Shown piece by piece: positions 9,232-18,909 of a stretch of 64,000 nucleotides of DNA. A model generated the notes under the pieces. That model worked only from the letters and a program-made list of their open reading frames with translations, made no database searches and was not told the origin of the DNA. Each line of letters opens with the position of its first letter. Position 1 is the stretch's first letter. The DNA is from an uncultured Acidimicrobiales bacterium (GTDB lineage Bacteria > Actinomycetota > Acidimicrobiia > Acidimicrobiales > JANYDT01). A program made the translations under genes and the position numbers. The stretch lies in the NCBI GenBank assembly GCA_963763135.1, contig CAVXNJ010000002.1, positions 81,562-145,561 on the forward strand. Reading direction: 5' to 3'.

Positions 9232-10149
9232 ATGCTGATGCTTACGGAAGTGCTCACCGGAGGGGTCCGGGGAGGAACCTCGATTCTGTACGCCGCACTC
9301 GGTGAGTCGGTGTCGGAACGCTCGGGTGTGGTCTATCTCGGAACCGAAGGCTCGATGCTCATGGGCGCGCTGGCCGGGTACGCCGTGGCCTCCGAAACCG
9401 GCCAGGTGTGGTTCGGTGTCTTGGCCGGTGCCGCCGCCGGGGGAGCGCTCGCCGCGGTCCACGCGTATCTCGTGCTGAGCCGCGGCGCGAACCAGCTCGC
9501 GACCGGCCTGGTGGTGCTGTTTCTCGGGCTCGGCCTGACGTCGCTGTTCGGTGCGAACTACGTGCAGGCCCTGGCTCCGTCGTTTCGGCCCGTTGCTATA
9601 CCGGGCCTGTCGTCGATTCCGTTTGTCGGCACGGTGCTCTTCAAACAGGACCCCCTGGTCTACCTGTCGTTTGTCCTCGTGCCCGCGCTGTGGTGGTTCA
9701 TAAGTCGAAGTCGATGGGGCGTGCTGCTGCGCGCCGCCGGTGAACGCTCGGAAGTTCTCACCGCCACCGGCCACGGTGTGCTCCGTATCCAGTACGCGGC
9801 CGTCGTCGTGTGTGGCATGTTCGCCGGAATCGGTGGCGTTCACCTTTCGACCGCCTACACGAAGTCGTGGTTCGAGAACATGGCGCAGGGCCGGGGATTT
9901 GTCGCCGTCGCCGTTGTGATGTTCGCCGCCCGTCAACCGTTCAAAGTTGCCGCCGGCGCGTACCTTTTCGGTGCTGCCCTTGCGCTGTCTCCTGCTCTGC
10001 AGGCCCGCGGCTACGGCATCAACCAGTTTGCGCTCGATGCGGTCCCGTATCTGGTGACCCTCGGGGTGCTGATCGTGCTCGGGAAGCGGCGAACCGCCGA
10101 TCTTCCGGAAGGCCTGTCGAAGGTCTTCGAAGCGACGCCCACCACCTGA
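9232..10149 (+). CDS. BMP-type ABC transporter permease 2 (intact)
   Basis: 305 aa, polytopic. Typical motifs are LGESVSERSGVVYLGTEGSMLMGA and GFVAVAVVMFAARQP. Confidence 0.85.
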   Translation: MLMLTEVLTGGVRGGTSILYAALGESVSERSGVVYLGTEGSMLMGALAGYAVASETGQVWFGVLAGAAAGGALAAVHAYLVLSRGANQLATGLVVLFLGLGLTSLFGANYVQALAPSFRPVAIPGLSSIPFVGTVLFKQDPLVYLSFVLVPALWWFISRSRWGVLLRAAGERSEVLTATGHGVLRIQYAAVVVCGMFAGIGGVHLSTAYTKSWFENMAQGRGFVAVAVVMFAARQPFKVAAGAYLFGAALALSPALQARGYGINQFALDAVPYLVTLGVLIVLGKRRTADLPEGLSKVFEATPTT

Positions 10150-10160
10150 GCGCCCAAGAA

Positions 10161-10220
10161 CCCACAGCAACACAACCCCCACAGCAACACAACCCCACAG
10201 CCACACAGCAACACACACAG
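10161..10220 (+). repeat. C/A-rich 17-bp tandem repeat in the leader of the BMP lipoprotein gene
   Basis: CCCACAGCAACACAACC x2, then the degenerate CCACAGCCACACAGCAACACACACAG. Shares GCAACACAACC with the leader of the other SBP gene at 4296-4312. Confidence 0.85.
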
Positions 10221-10256
10221 TAATAAGCACACGTATTAAACCTTCTGGAGGATAAC

Positions 10257-11547
10257 TTGCGATCACGACTTCTCATTCCCGCGGCTTTGGCCGCGCTCTC
10301 GATCCTGGCGGTGGGGTGTTCGAGCGATAAAGCCGCCGACACCACCGTCGCGGCGGAGACCACTGCCGCAGCGGCCGAAACCACGGCTGCTGCGACCGAC
10401 ACGACCGCCGCGGCAGCCACGGAAACGACTGCAGCTGCTGCCACGGAAACGACCGTCGCCGCCGCAACCGAGACCACCGCTGCGGCCGCCGCCACAGGGA
10501 CCGGCCCGGGTGTCGGATCGAAGAAGGTCGGGTTCATCTTCGTCGGCCCGAAGGACGACTACGGATACAACCAGGCGGCGTACGCCGGCAGCCAGGCCGT
10601 GAAGGCGGCGTTCCCCGATCTTGAGGTGTTGACCGCCGAGAACGTGCCGGAAGACGACAACGCGACCCGCATCATGGAGAAGATGATCTCCGATGGCGCG
10701 AAGATCATCTTCGCCACGTCGTACGGTCACCTGGATCCGGCTCTGAAGGTTGCTGCTGCGCACCCTGACGTGGCCGTGGTCCAACAGGGCAACTTCATCA
10801 AGGACGCCGTTCCGGCCAACGCTGGCACCTACTTCGGTACCGTGTACGAGCCGGTGTATCTCGCGGGCATCGCCGCCGGCAAGGCCACCAAGAGCAACAA
10901 GCTCGGTTACGTCTATGCGTTCCCGATTCCGCAGACCATTGCGAACATCAACGCCTTCCAGCTCGGGGCCGCAGTCGGTGAACCCGGCGGTCGAGACGCT
11001 AGTCGTCAACACCTCGAACTGGTGCGACCCGGCCAAGCAGGCCGAGGCCGCGAAGAGCCTGTTCGCCCAGGGCGTCGACGTCATCACCCAGCACCAGGAC
11101 TGCACCGCCACCATCACCAAGGCGGCGGAAGAAGCGGGCAAGATGGTCGTCGGCTACCACGCCGACGCCTCGTCGCTGGCCCCGAAGGGCTGGGTCGCCG
11201 GTTCCGAATGGAAGTGGGACGACCTGTACATCGACATCGTGAAGACGGCTCTTGCCGGTAACTTCACCGGTTCGAAGTACAACGCCAACTTCCGGGTCGG
11301 TTACAAAGACGGTGGTAACCCGTTCGTCCAGTCGAAGTACGGCGCGATGATCGATGATGCGACGAAGGCCAAGATCGAAGAGGCCAAGACGCTGATTTCG
11401 AGCCCCGAAGGTTCCCCGTTCACGGGACCGGTCATGGCTCAGGATGGCTCGGAGATGTTCCCGGCCGGTGTGCCCGACTACGCCACGGTCGAGTCGAAGA
11501 ACACCGTGTTCGTCAAGGGCGTCATCGGAGAAATTCCGAAGGGCTGA
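10257..11547 (+). pseudogene. BMP-family (PnrA/Med-like) ABC substrate-binding lipoprotein, +1 frameshift near 10972
   Basis: TTG start after a GGAGGA Shine-Dalgarno, lipobox LSILAVGCSS, Thr/Ala-rich linker, then VGFIFVGPKDDYGYNQAAY. The N-terminal frame ends at INAFQLGAA. The continuation SVNPAVETLVVNTSNWCDPAKQAEAAKSLFAQGVDVITQHQDC to the true C-terminus is in the 10750 frame. Confidence 0.8.
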
Positions 11548-11563
11548 CCCGTCGGATCTTGGG

Positions 11564-11593
11564 CGGGGGTGGTCGATCCACCGGCCACCCCCG
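11564..11593 (+). terminator. GC-rich hairpin after the SBP gene
   Basis: The 9-bp stem CGGGGGTGG (11564-11572) pairs with CCACCCCCG (11585-11593) around a 12-nt loop. There is no U-tract. Confidence 0.4.
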
Positions 11594-11607
11594 TGCAGTT
11601 CTGCAAT

Positions 11608-11637
11608 TTGATATCGCTTCGGCGGACGAAGTTTTAT
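11608..11637 (+). promoter_or_regulatory. candidate sigma-70-type promoter of the hydrolase/FdrA operon
   Basis: TTGATA, 18 nt, TTTTAT in an AT-rich patch about 30 nt upstream of the AAGGAG Shine-Dalgarno and the GTG at 11664. Confidence 0.35.
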
Positions 11638-11663
11638 GTGTACCTACGATGTAAGGAGTCGGC

Positions 11664-12344
11664 GTGGCCGGACCCGTTCAAGCCCAACCGTACAACTGGC
11701 CCTATGACGACGTGATCGATCCGGCCCGCACGGCGTTGCTGTGCATCGACTGGCAGACCGATTTCTGCGGCGTCGGCGGCTACGTTGATTCGATGGGCTA
11801 CGACCTTTCGCTCACCCGATCGGGTTTGGAGCCGACGGCCGCGGTTCTCGCCGCCGTTCGGACGGCCGGATGGACGGTGATCCACACGAGGGAAGGGCAC
11901 CGGTCCGATCTGTCGGACTGTCCGCCGAACAAACTGTGGCGTTCGAAGGGCATCGGGGCGGGGATCGGCGATCCCGGCCCGTGTGGCCGAATTCTCGTTC
12001 GGGGCGAACCGGGTTGGGAGATCGTTCCCGAGGTCGCGCCGATCGCCGGCGAGATGATCGTCGACAAGCCCGGCAAAGGCGCGTTCTACGCGACCGATCT
12101 TGATCTGCTGCTGCGCACCGCGGGCGTAACCCACCTGGTATTCACCGGCATCACCACTGACGTATGTGTCCATACGACCATGCGGGAGGCCAACGATCGT
12201 GGTTACGAGTGTCTCCTGCTGTCCGACTGCACCGGGGCCACGGACTACGGCAACTACGAGGCGGCCCTGAAGATGGTCACGATGCAAAACGGCGTGTTCG
12301 GCGCCGTTGCCTCGTCGCAGGCGCTGCTGGCGGCGATTGCATGA
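11664..12344 (+). CDS. isochorismatase-family cysteine hydrolase, paralog 1 (BiuH/TrtA/RutB-like)
   Basis: 226 aa. Contains ALLCIDWQTDF (Asp), [13 protein letters not shown] (Lys) and ITTDVCVHTT (catalytic Cys), plus [17 protein letters not shown]. Confidence 0.85.
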   Translation: MAGPVQAQPYNWPYDDVIDPARTALLCIDWQTDFCGVGGYVDSMGYDLSLTRSGLEPTAAVLAAVRTAGWTVIHTREGHRSDLSDCPPNKLWRSKGIGAGIGDPGPCGRILVRGEPGWEIVPEVAPIAGEMIVDKPGKGAFYATDLDLLLRTAGVTHLVFTGITTDVCVHTTMREANDRGYECLLLSDCTGATDYGNYEAALKMVTMQNGVFGAVASSQALLAAIA

Positions 12345-14146
12345 CCTCTGACACGCAAACCGTCGGTTCCATCTCAACGGCAGGCTGGTCGGTCGCGGAT
12401 CACCTCGACGCCCGGCGCCGGGGAGTCTCGGCCGAGCAGGTCATGGACCAGATCCTGGAGCAGCTCGAATCGATCGACGATCCGGCAGTCCTGATCGGCG
12501 AGCCACTCCGACACGCGGCCATGACCGCCGCCCGCGAACTCGATACCCGGGACCCCGCCGACTATCCGCTCCACGGCGTGCCGTTCCTGGTCAAGGACAA
12601 CATCGATGTGCAAGGGGTCGAAACGACGTGCGGTTGCCCGTCGTTCGCCTATGTCGCCGCGGCCGACGCCGAGGTGGTGGCCCGCCTTCGCCGGGCCGGG
12701 GCCATACCGGTCGGCAAGACGAACCTTGACCAGTTCGCGACCGGATTGGTTGGAACCCGGTCGCCGTACGGGACCGCCCGGAACCCCTTGAATCCCAGCC
12801 TGGTTCCCGGCGGCTCAAGCTCGGGTTCGGCGGTGGCCGTCGCCCGCGGCCTGGTGCCGTTCGCACTCGGAACCGACACGGCCGGTTCCGGTCGGGTGCC
12901 GGCGGCCATGTGTGGCATCGTTGGCTTGAAGCCGACGGTCGGGCGCTTCCCCTCCCGAGGCGTGGTTCCTGCCGTCCGGCGAATCGACTGCCCGACGATC
13001 TTCAGCACCACGGTCTCCGACGCCCGGTACGTCGCACGCATCATGGCGGGTCACGACAATCTCGATCCGTTTTCGAAGTCACCGGTCGCTGCGAAGTCAG
13101 CCATCGGAACGATTGGTGTACCGACGAACCTGGGTGCTCTGGTCGAGTTCATGGACGACGATGCTCTGCGTGCATACGAATCGGCGGTCGCGGAAATCGC
13201 GACCCGTTGGAACGTTGTCGAGATCGACATCGAGCCCTACCTCGAGGCCGGACGCCTGCTCTACGGCGGTCCGTTCGTCGCGGAACGAACAGCGGCCGTC
13301 GGTGGATTCCTCTCGAAGGAACCCACGGATCTCGATCCGACGGTGGCTGCGATCATCCGAGGCGGCTCGGCATACGGGGCGGTCGAAGCCTACGAAAACG
13401 AGTACCGGGTACTCGACCTGAAACGGGAGATAGCGGCGGACTGGACGGTGGTTGATGCCATTGCCCTTCCGACCATCCCGGGCACCGCGACGCTGGCCGA
13501 TGTCGAGGCCGAACCGGTGGCGGCCAACGTTCGGCTCGGAACGTTCACGACGTTCGTCAACCTGCTTGATCTTGCCGCGATCGCGATACCGGTTGGTACG
13601 CGCGCTGATGGTCTTCCGTCGGGCCTGCAGCTCATCGGCCCGGCGTGGACCGATGAGGCATTGGCTGATGCGGCCCAGACGCTGCTGGGCGAGCCGATTC
13701 CGGTCGAAGGACCCCGCGTGGGTGAACAGCTGATCGCGGTCGTGGGAGCGCACCTCCAGGGCATGCCGCTCAACCATCAGCTGACCAGCCGAGGCGCCCG
13801 ACTGGTCTCGGTGACCGCCACCGCACCGGCGTACCAACTGTTTGCGCTGCCCGGCACCGTTCCTCCCAAGCCCGGATTGCGTCGGGTGGCTGACGGAGGG
13901 CACAGCATCATCGTCGAAGTGTGGGCGATGTCAGTGGCGGACTTCGGATCGTTCACCGCGGAGGTCCCACCACCGCTCGGTATCGGTTCCGTGGAGCTCG
14001 CCGACGGAACCCTGTGCAACGGCTTCATCTGCGAACCGGGCGGGTTCACCGATGCCACCGATATCTCGCACTATGGCGGCTGGAGGGCGTACCGGGCCGC
14101 GCAGTCCGCTCCCTCCACTACGGTCGAGGCCGGAGGTGCGTCATGA
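12341..14146 (+). CDS. allophanate hydrolase (amidase-signature domain plus allophanate-hydrolase C-terminal domain)
   Basis: The ATG at 12341 overlaps the upstream stop (ATGA). Contains GKTNLDQFA and [12 protein letters not shown]. The C-terminal domain has [21 protein letters not shown]...KPGLRRV...VEVWAM...[11 protein letters not shown]. Confidence 0.9.
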   Translation: MTSDTQTVGSISTAGWSVADHLDARRRGVSAEQVMDQILEQLESIDDPAVLIGEPLRHAAMTAARELDTRDPADYPLHGVPFLVKDNIDVQGVETTCGCPSFAYVAAADAEVVARLRRAGAIPVGKTNLDQFATGLVGTRSPYGTARNPLNPSLVPGGSSSGSAVAVARGLVPFALGTDTAGSGRVPAAMCGIVGLKPTVGRFPSRGVVPAVRRIDCPTIFSTTVSDARYVARIMAGHDNLDPFSKSPVAAKSAIGTIGVPTNLGALVEFMDDDALRAYESAVAEIATRWNVVEIDIEPYLEAGRLLYGGPFVAERTAAVGGFLSKEPTDLDPTVAAIIRGGSAYGAVEAYENEYRVLDLKREIAADWTVVDAIALPTIPGTATLADVEAEPVAANVRLGTFTTFVNLLDLAAIAIPVGTRADGLPSGLQLIGPAWTDEALADAAQTLLGEPIPVEGPRVGEQLIAVVGAHLQGMPLNHQLTSRGARLVSVTATAPAYQLFALPGTVPPKPGLRRVADGGHSIIVEVWAMSVADFGSFTAEVPPPLGIGSVELADGTLCNGFICEPGGFTDATDISHYGGWRAYRAAQSAPSTTVEAGGAS

Positions 14147-14802
14147 ACGTTGAAGCTCGCCCGTTTCCCTTCGTCGCCGATCCCGCGAGCACCGCGTTGG
14201 TGATCATCGACATGCAGCGCGACTTTCTCGAACCGGGTGGATTCGGAGAAATGCTCGGCAACGACGTGTCGCTGCTTCGATCAACGATCGAGCCGACCGG
14301 TCGCGTGCTCGCGGCCGCCCGTGCCGCAGGTCTGCTGGTGATTCACACCCGCGAAGGCCATCGGCCCGACCTCACCGACTGTCCACCGGCCAAGTTGACC
14401 CGGGGCGGCACGACCTTCATCGGAACCGACGGCCCAATGGGTCGAATCCTGGTCCGGGGCGAAGCCGGTCACGCAATCATCCCGGAACTGGCTCCGGTGC
14501 CAGGGGAGCCGGTCATCGACAAGCCCGGTAAAGGGGCGTTTTATGCGACCGACCTGGAGCTGATTCTCCGGGAGCGTCGGATACGCTCGCTGATTGTGTG
14601 CGGTGTGACGACCGAAGTTTGTGTACATACAACGGTGCGTGAGGCCAACGACCGGGGATTCGAGTCCCTGGTCCTCGAAGACTGCGTGGGGTCGTACTTC
14701 CCCGAATTTCAGCGGGTTGCGCTGGCCATGTTTGAAGCGCAGGGCGCCATCTTCGCCTGGGTTGGCGGGTCGGACGATCTTCTGACGGCCCTGAGCAGTT
14801 GA
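14143..14802 (+). CDS. isochorismatase-family cysteine hydrolase, paralog 2
   Basis: ATGA overlap with the allophanate hydrolase stop. 219 aa. By eye about half of its positions are identical to paralog 1 ([45 protein letters not shown]). Confidence 0.85.
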   Translation: MNVEARPFPFVADPASTALVIIDMQRDFLEPGGFGEMLGNDVSLLRSTIEPTGRVLAAARAAGLLVIHTREGHRPDLTDCPPAKLTRGGTTFIGTDGPMGRILVRGEAGHAIIPELAPVPGEPVIDKPGKGAFYATDLELILRERRIRSLIVCGVTTEVCVHTTVREANDRGFESLVLEDCVGSYFPEFQRVALAMFEAQGAIFAWVGGSDDLLTALSS

Positions 14803-15872
14803 GTGTCGTCATGGAGCACTTCTCGGTTGAACGTCGAAGCTTGACTTCCCGCCGGACGGTGCGCGCCACCTCTCGAGGTTCGCTGGTCCCGAGGTCGGGT
14901 GTCGACGTGCGGCTAGGCGAGGTTCGCCTGTTCACCTCCAATGCGTTGTACGTGACCACGTCCCCGTCGTCCACGTCCCCGTCGTCCACTCCGCTCTCGT
15001 CGTCCCCGGCGTCCACTCCGCTCTCGTCGTCCCCGGCGTCGTCTTCCTCGTCACCGGCGTACCTGGACCCTTCCGCGGATGTGCTCTCGCTGCATCCCCC
15101 CGGCGTACCGCGCTCTCCCTGGTCGTTGCATACGGAGGCGTGGGACGCGTATACCGACGGTGGCTTTGAGCCCGGAGACCGGGCGGTCCTGGTGAACGGC
15201 ACGTTGGTGGTGACCAGTGCCTCGGGCAACGTGGTCGTATGCGATTTCGCCGATGCCCCGGTGTGGACCAGCTCCACCGAGATGGTGCCGATCGCCACCG
15301 ACACGGCGAAAGCTGCGCTCGCCGGCCTCCTGACGTTGAACCATGTAGCCATACACGACGCCTGGGACCGCTTGGTCGGGCGCGACGAAGCGTTGGTAAG
15401 CGCGCTGTGCAATCTGTCGGTCGGCTTCGGACACGACGGCGCTGCGTCATCGGATCCGAAGTATGCGGAGGCAGAACGGGCGTTGCTCGTCGAGGTGGAG
15501 CGGCTCACCGGTTTTGGCCCGGGTCTGACGCCCGCGGGCGATGACCTCCTGGCCGCGTGCCTGGTCAGTCTGTTGCGATGGGACGATTCGATGCGCTTCG
15601 GGCGCAGCTTGGCTTCGGCCGTCGCGACGCGATTGGCAATTCCGAACGCTACCGGGTTCGTCAGTCGCCAACTGCTGCAGTTGGCCCGCCTCGGCTTCAC
15701 CCACGAAGCGGTCGACGACCTGCTGCTCGCCGTGCCGCTCGGGATGGCCGCTACGCAACAGGCGGCGGAACGACTCCTGCAGGTCGGACAGACGTCGGGG
15801 TCGGATTCGCTCCTCGGCGTGGTCTCCGCGTTGCGGGTGTACTGCAGCGTGGCTGACCGGATGAGTCGGTGA
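14799..15872 (+). CDS. DUF2877-family protein (E. coli YlbF/AllH-like) with a Ser/Pro/Thr repeat insert
   Basis: The family hallmark is [26 protein letters not shown] overlap with the upstream stop (the ATG at 14811 is an alternative start). The N-terminal low-complexity stretch [33 protein letters not shown] is encoded by 15- and 27-bp DNA repeats at about 14950-15050. Confidence 0.75.
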   Translation: MSVVMEHFSVERRSLTSRRTVRATSRGSLVPRSGVDVRLGEVRLFTSNALYVTTSPSSTSPSSTPLSSSPASTPLSSSPASSSSSPAYLDPSADVLSLHPPGVPRSPWSLHTEAWDAYTDGGFEPGDRAVLVNGTLVVTSASGNVVVCDFADAPVWTSSTEMVPIATDTAKAALAGLLTLNHVAIHDAWDRLVGRDEALVSALCNLSVGFGHDGAASSDPKYAEAERALLVEVERLTGFGPGLTPAGDDLLAACLVSLLRWDDSMRFGRSLASAVATRLAIPNATGFVSRQLLQLARLGFTHEAVDDLLLAVPLGMAATQQAAERLLQVGQTSGSDSLLGVVSALRVYCSVADRMSR

Positions 15873-17470
15873 AGTCGATGAGTCAGCCCGATGCGGTCGC
15901 AGCGCTCGAAGGGCGCGTCGCCCGATCTGCCGTTGTCGTGAACCGCTACCGCGATTCGGTGGCCCTCATGCGTGTCGCGGCGGCTGCGATGGCCATCGAC
16001 GGCGTTCACTCAGTGACGGTGGTGATGGCGACCGAGGCCAATCTGGCTGACGCGGCCGAGAAGGGTTTCGCCACCGACGCTGACACCTTTGGCTCAAGCC
16101 CGACGGCGAACGACGTGTTCATCGGCGTGATCGGCGACGAGGACGCCTGTGCGAATGCGCTCGACGAGGTGCGCTCCTCCCTGTCCGGCCGCAACGAAAA
16201 CCCGGGCTCCACCAGATCAGGCCGCAACGACGCGGAACTCACGTTGCCCAACTCGCTGTCTTCGGCGCTTCATCGGGCCGGTGGCTCGGACCCTTTCGAC
16301 GCGACATCGGTGGCCGTGATTTCCGTACCCGCGGTGTTCGCTGCGGCCGAAGCCCGCAAGGCCTTGGGTCGGGGCATGCACGTGATGTTGTTCAGCGACA
16401 ACGTCGACCTGCAGGCCGAAGCCGAGCTGAAGCGGCTGGCCGGTGAACGGGGTCTTCTGCTGATGGGACCGGATTGCGGTACCGCCATGATCAACGGTGT
16501 TCCACTCGGCTTTGCGAACGTGGTGCGCGCCGGTTCGGTGACGGTGATCGGAGCCTCGGGGACCGGGATGCAGGAGGTCATGGTGCACCTCCACCGATTG
16601 GGAGCGGGTGTTCGCCAGGCGATCGGCTGCGGCGGGCGCGACCTTCACCGGTCGATAGGCGGCGCCACGATGATCCAAGCGCTGACCATGGCGGCTGCCG
16701 ATGACGGCGTCGAAGCTGTCGTCCTGATCTCGAAGCCCCCCGACCCGGACGTTCTGGTCAACGTTGCTGCGGCCGCCCGATCGCTGATCGATCGCGGTGT
16801 CCCGGTAATTCTCTCGGCGACGGGCCTTCACGCGGGCGACCTTCCCGAGTCAGGTTTCGTGGTGGCTGACAGCCTCGAGGACGCGGCCCTCTTGGCGGTG
16901 GGGCGCTCGCCCGAAGCGGTGTCGTCGGAAGCGGTGTCGTCGGAACCGGTGTCATCGGAACCGGTGTCGTCGGAACCGGTGCTCGGCGGGTCCGGGAAGA
17001 CGGTCCGGGTCGTCGGGGCCTTCTCGGGCGGTACCCTCAAGACCGAGTTCGTGCACCTCCTCAGCCGCTTCCCCGACACCGTCAGCGTGCAGGCCATCGA
17101 CTTCGGCGACGATGACTACACGAAAGGCCGTCCGCATCCGATGATCGACCCCTCGCAGCGTGACGCCGAGGTACTGCGTGCGCTTAGTGACCCCGACGTC
17201 GACATCGTGCACTTCGATGTCGTTCTCGGTTTCGGGGCATCGATGGACCCGATCGGATCATTGATGGCGCAACTCCCCGCTGTCGCCGACCGCGGACCGA
17301 CAATCATCAGCGCGCATGTTTTAGGCACCGAGCTGGATCCCCAGGGCCGCGACACCATCGTGCGTCGCCTGACCGACGCCGGCGTGAACGTCTTCGACAC
17401 CAACGCGGGCGCCGCTCGGTTCATTCGTTCAGCCGCCCCGCATATCCTGAACGCAGTGGTTACTTCGTGA
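15869..17470 (+). CDS. fdrA: FdrA-family protein (succinyl-CoA-synthetase-alpha-like fold; E. coli FdrA/AllF-like)
   Basis: 533 aa. Contains GPDCGTAMINGVPLGFANVVRAGSVTVIGASGTGMQEV. GTGA overlap with the upstream stop. Confidence 0.8.
   Translation: MKSMSQPDAVAALEGRVARSAVVVNRYRDSVALMRVAAAAMAIDGVHSVTVVMATEANLADAAEKGFATDADTFGSSPTANDVFIGVIGDEDACANALDEVRSSLSGRNENPGSTRSGRNDAELTLPNSLSSALHRAGGSDPFDATSVAVISVPAVFAAAEARKALGRGMHVMLFSDNVDLQAEAELKRLAGERGLLLMGPDCGTAMINGVPLGFANVVRAGSVTVIGASGTGMQEVMVHLHRLGAGVRQAIGCGGRDLHRSIGGATMIQALTMAAADDGVEAVVLISKPPDPDVLVNVAAAARSLIDRGVPVILSATGLHAGDLPESGFVVADSLEDAALLAVGRSPEAVSSEAVSSEPVSSEPVSSEPVLGGSGKTVRVVGAFSGGTLKTEFVHLLSRFPDTVSVQAIDFGDDDYTKGRPHPMIDPSQRDAEVLRALSDPDVDIVHFDVVLGFGASMDPIGSLMAQLPAVADRGPTIISAHVLGTELDPQGRDTIVRRLTDAGVNVFDTNAGAARFIRSAAPHILNAVVTS
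16913..16987 (+). repeat. 15-bp in-frame tandem repeat x5 inside fdrA
   Basis: GAAGCGGTGTCGTCG x2, then GAACCGGTGTC(A/G)TCG x2 and GAACCGGTGCTCGGC. Encodes EAVSS EAVSS EPVSS EPVSS EPVLG. Confidence 0.9.
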
Positions 17471-18909
17471 ACGCCGCAAACGACGGGGCCGTGCGGGTCT
17501 TCAACATCGGCGTTGAGGAATTCCGACGGGGACCTGACTCGGTCGGCGCCGAAGTTCACCAGGTCGACTGGCGCCCGCCACTCGACGGCGATCCACATAC
17601 GGCCGACGTGTGTTCGCGCCTTCTGACCGACGCCCGCGTCGACGATGCCAACGCCGAAGCGGTGGCTCGAATACTGGCGGTCGATCCGACCGTGATCGAC
17701 GTGATCCCGGCGGCGCAGGCCATGCCCGGGTTGAGCGGAAGCGGGCCGAAGCTGCTTCACGCCGGACCGCCCATCGCCTGGGCCTCGATGTGCGGACCCA
17801 TGAAGGGCGCCCTGATCGGCGCCGTCATGTACGAAGGGTGGGCCGGCACCGCTGACGAGGCAACGGCGCTACTGGCCAGAGGACATGTGGGCCTTGAGCC
17901 GTGCCATCATCACGGCGCGGTCGGCCCGATGTCGGGGGTGATCAGCCCCTCGATGCCGGTGTGGGTCGTCGAAGATCCGGCCACCGGCCGACGATCCTTC
18001 AGCAATCTCAACGAAGGACTCGGGAAGGTACTCCGATTCGGGGCCTACGAAGCGTCGGTCCTCGAACGCCTGAACTGGATGGCCACCGAGCTCGCCCCGG
18101 TTCTGTCGGACGCGATCCGCTCGCTCGGCGGAATCGCACTTCGACCAATGATGGCTCAGGCTCTCCACATGGGCGATGAAGTGCACAACCGCAACGCCGC
18201 GGCCACGGGCCAACTCCTCAAACGGCTCGCCGCGCCAATCGCCCAGAGCTCGGCATCGAGCGCTCAGTCGAGCGGACAGTCGAGCGATTCGATTGTGCGG
18301 ACACTCCAGTTCATCGGCGGAAACGACCATTTCTTTCTCAACCTGTCGATGGCGGCATGCAAGCTTCAACTCGATGCCGCGTCAGGTGTACCGCATTCCA
18401 CGCTCGTGACGGCCATGGCCCGCAACGGCGTGAACTTCGGCATCCGGGTCAGTGGTCTTGGCAATACCTGGTTTGAGGCGCCCGCGTCGATGATCGAGGG
18501 TCTGTACTTCGCCGGTTTCGGCCCTGACGACGCCAACCCCGACCTCGGTGACAGCGCGATCACCGAGACCGCCGGGCTGGGAGGGTTCGCGATGGCCGCG
18601 GCACCCGCAATCGTTGGCTTCGTCGGAGGCACATCAGCCGACGCGTTGGCCTACACCCTGCGCATGCGCGAGATCTGTGTCGCGGAGAATCCGGTCTTCA
18701 CCATCCCATCACTCGGCTTTCGCAACACCGGACTCGGCATCGACATTCGACTCGTGATCGATACCGGCATACTCCCGGTTATCAACACCGGCATCGCCCA
18801 CCGTGAGGCCGGAATCGGACAGATCGGCGCGGGCATCACCACCGCACCATTCGTCTGCTTCACCCAAGCGGCTAGCGCACTCGTCGAGGCACAATCCGTC
18901 AGCAGCTAG
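17467..18909 (+). CDS. DUF1116-family protein (E. coli YlbE/AllG-like)
   Basis: 480 aa, GTGA overlap with the fdrA stop. Conserved blocks are HAGPPIAW, GLEPCHHHGAVGPMSGV, HNRNAAATG and ITETAGLGGFAMAAAPAIV. Confidence 0.75.
   Translation: MNAANDGAVRVFNIGVEEFRRGPDSVGAEVHQVDWRPPLDGDPHTADVCSRLLTDARVDDANAEAVARILAVDPTVIDVIPAAQAMPGLSGSGPKLLHAGPPIAWASMCGPMKGALIGAVMYEGWAGTADEATALLARGHVGLEPCHHHGAVGPMSGVISPSMPVWVVEDPATGRRSFSNLNEGLGKVLRFGAYEASVLERLNWMATELAPVLSDAIRSLGGIALRPMMAQALHMGDEVHNRNAAATGQLLKRLAAPIAQSSASSAQSSGQSSDSIVRTLQFIGGNDHFFLNLSMAACKLQLDAASGVPHSTLVTAMARNGVNFGIRVSGLGNTWFEAPASMIEGLYFAGFGPDDANPDLGDSAITETAGLGGFAMAAAPAIVGFVGGTSADALAYTLRMREICVAENPVFTIPSLGFRNTGLGIDIRLVIDTGILPVINTGIAHREAGIGQIGAGITTAPFVCFTQAASALVEAQSVSS

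Noticed and set aside
12164-12340. Upstream start for allophanate hydrolase (and similarly 13921 for the second hydrolase, 32968 for pnp, 38316 for dapB, 44895 for rnj, 55743 for icd, 41565 for the desaturase)
   Set aside because: The extensions overlap the preceding gene or intergenic DNA and are Arg/Pro-rich. Internal starts with 4-nt stop/start overlaps or good Shine-Dalgarno sequences give normal-length proteins.
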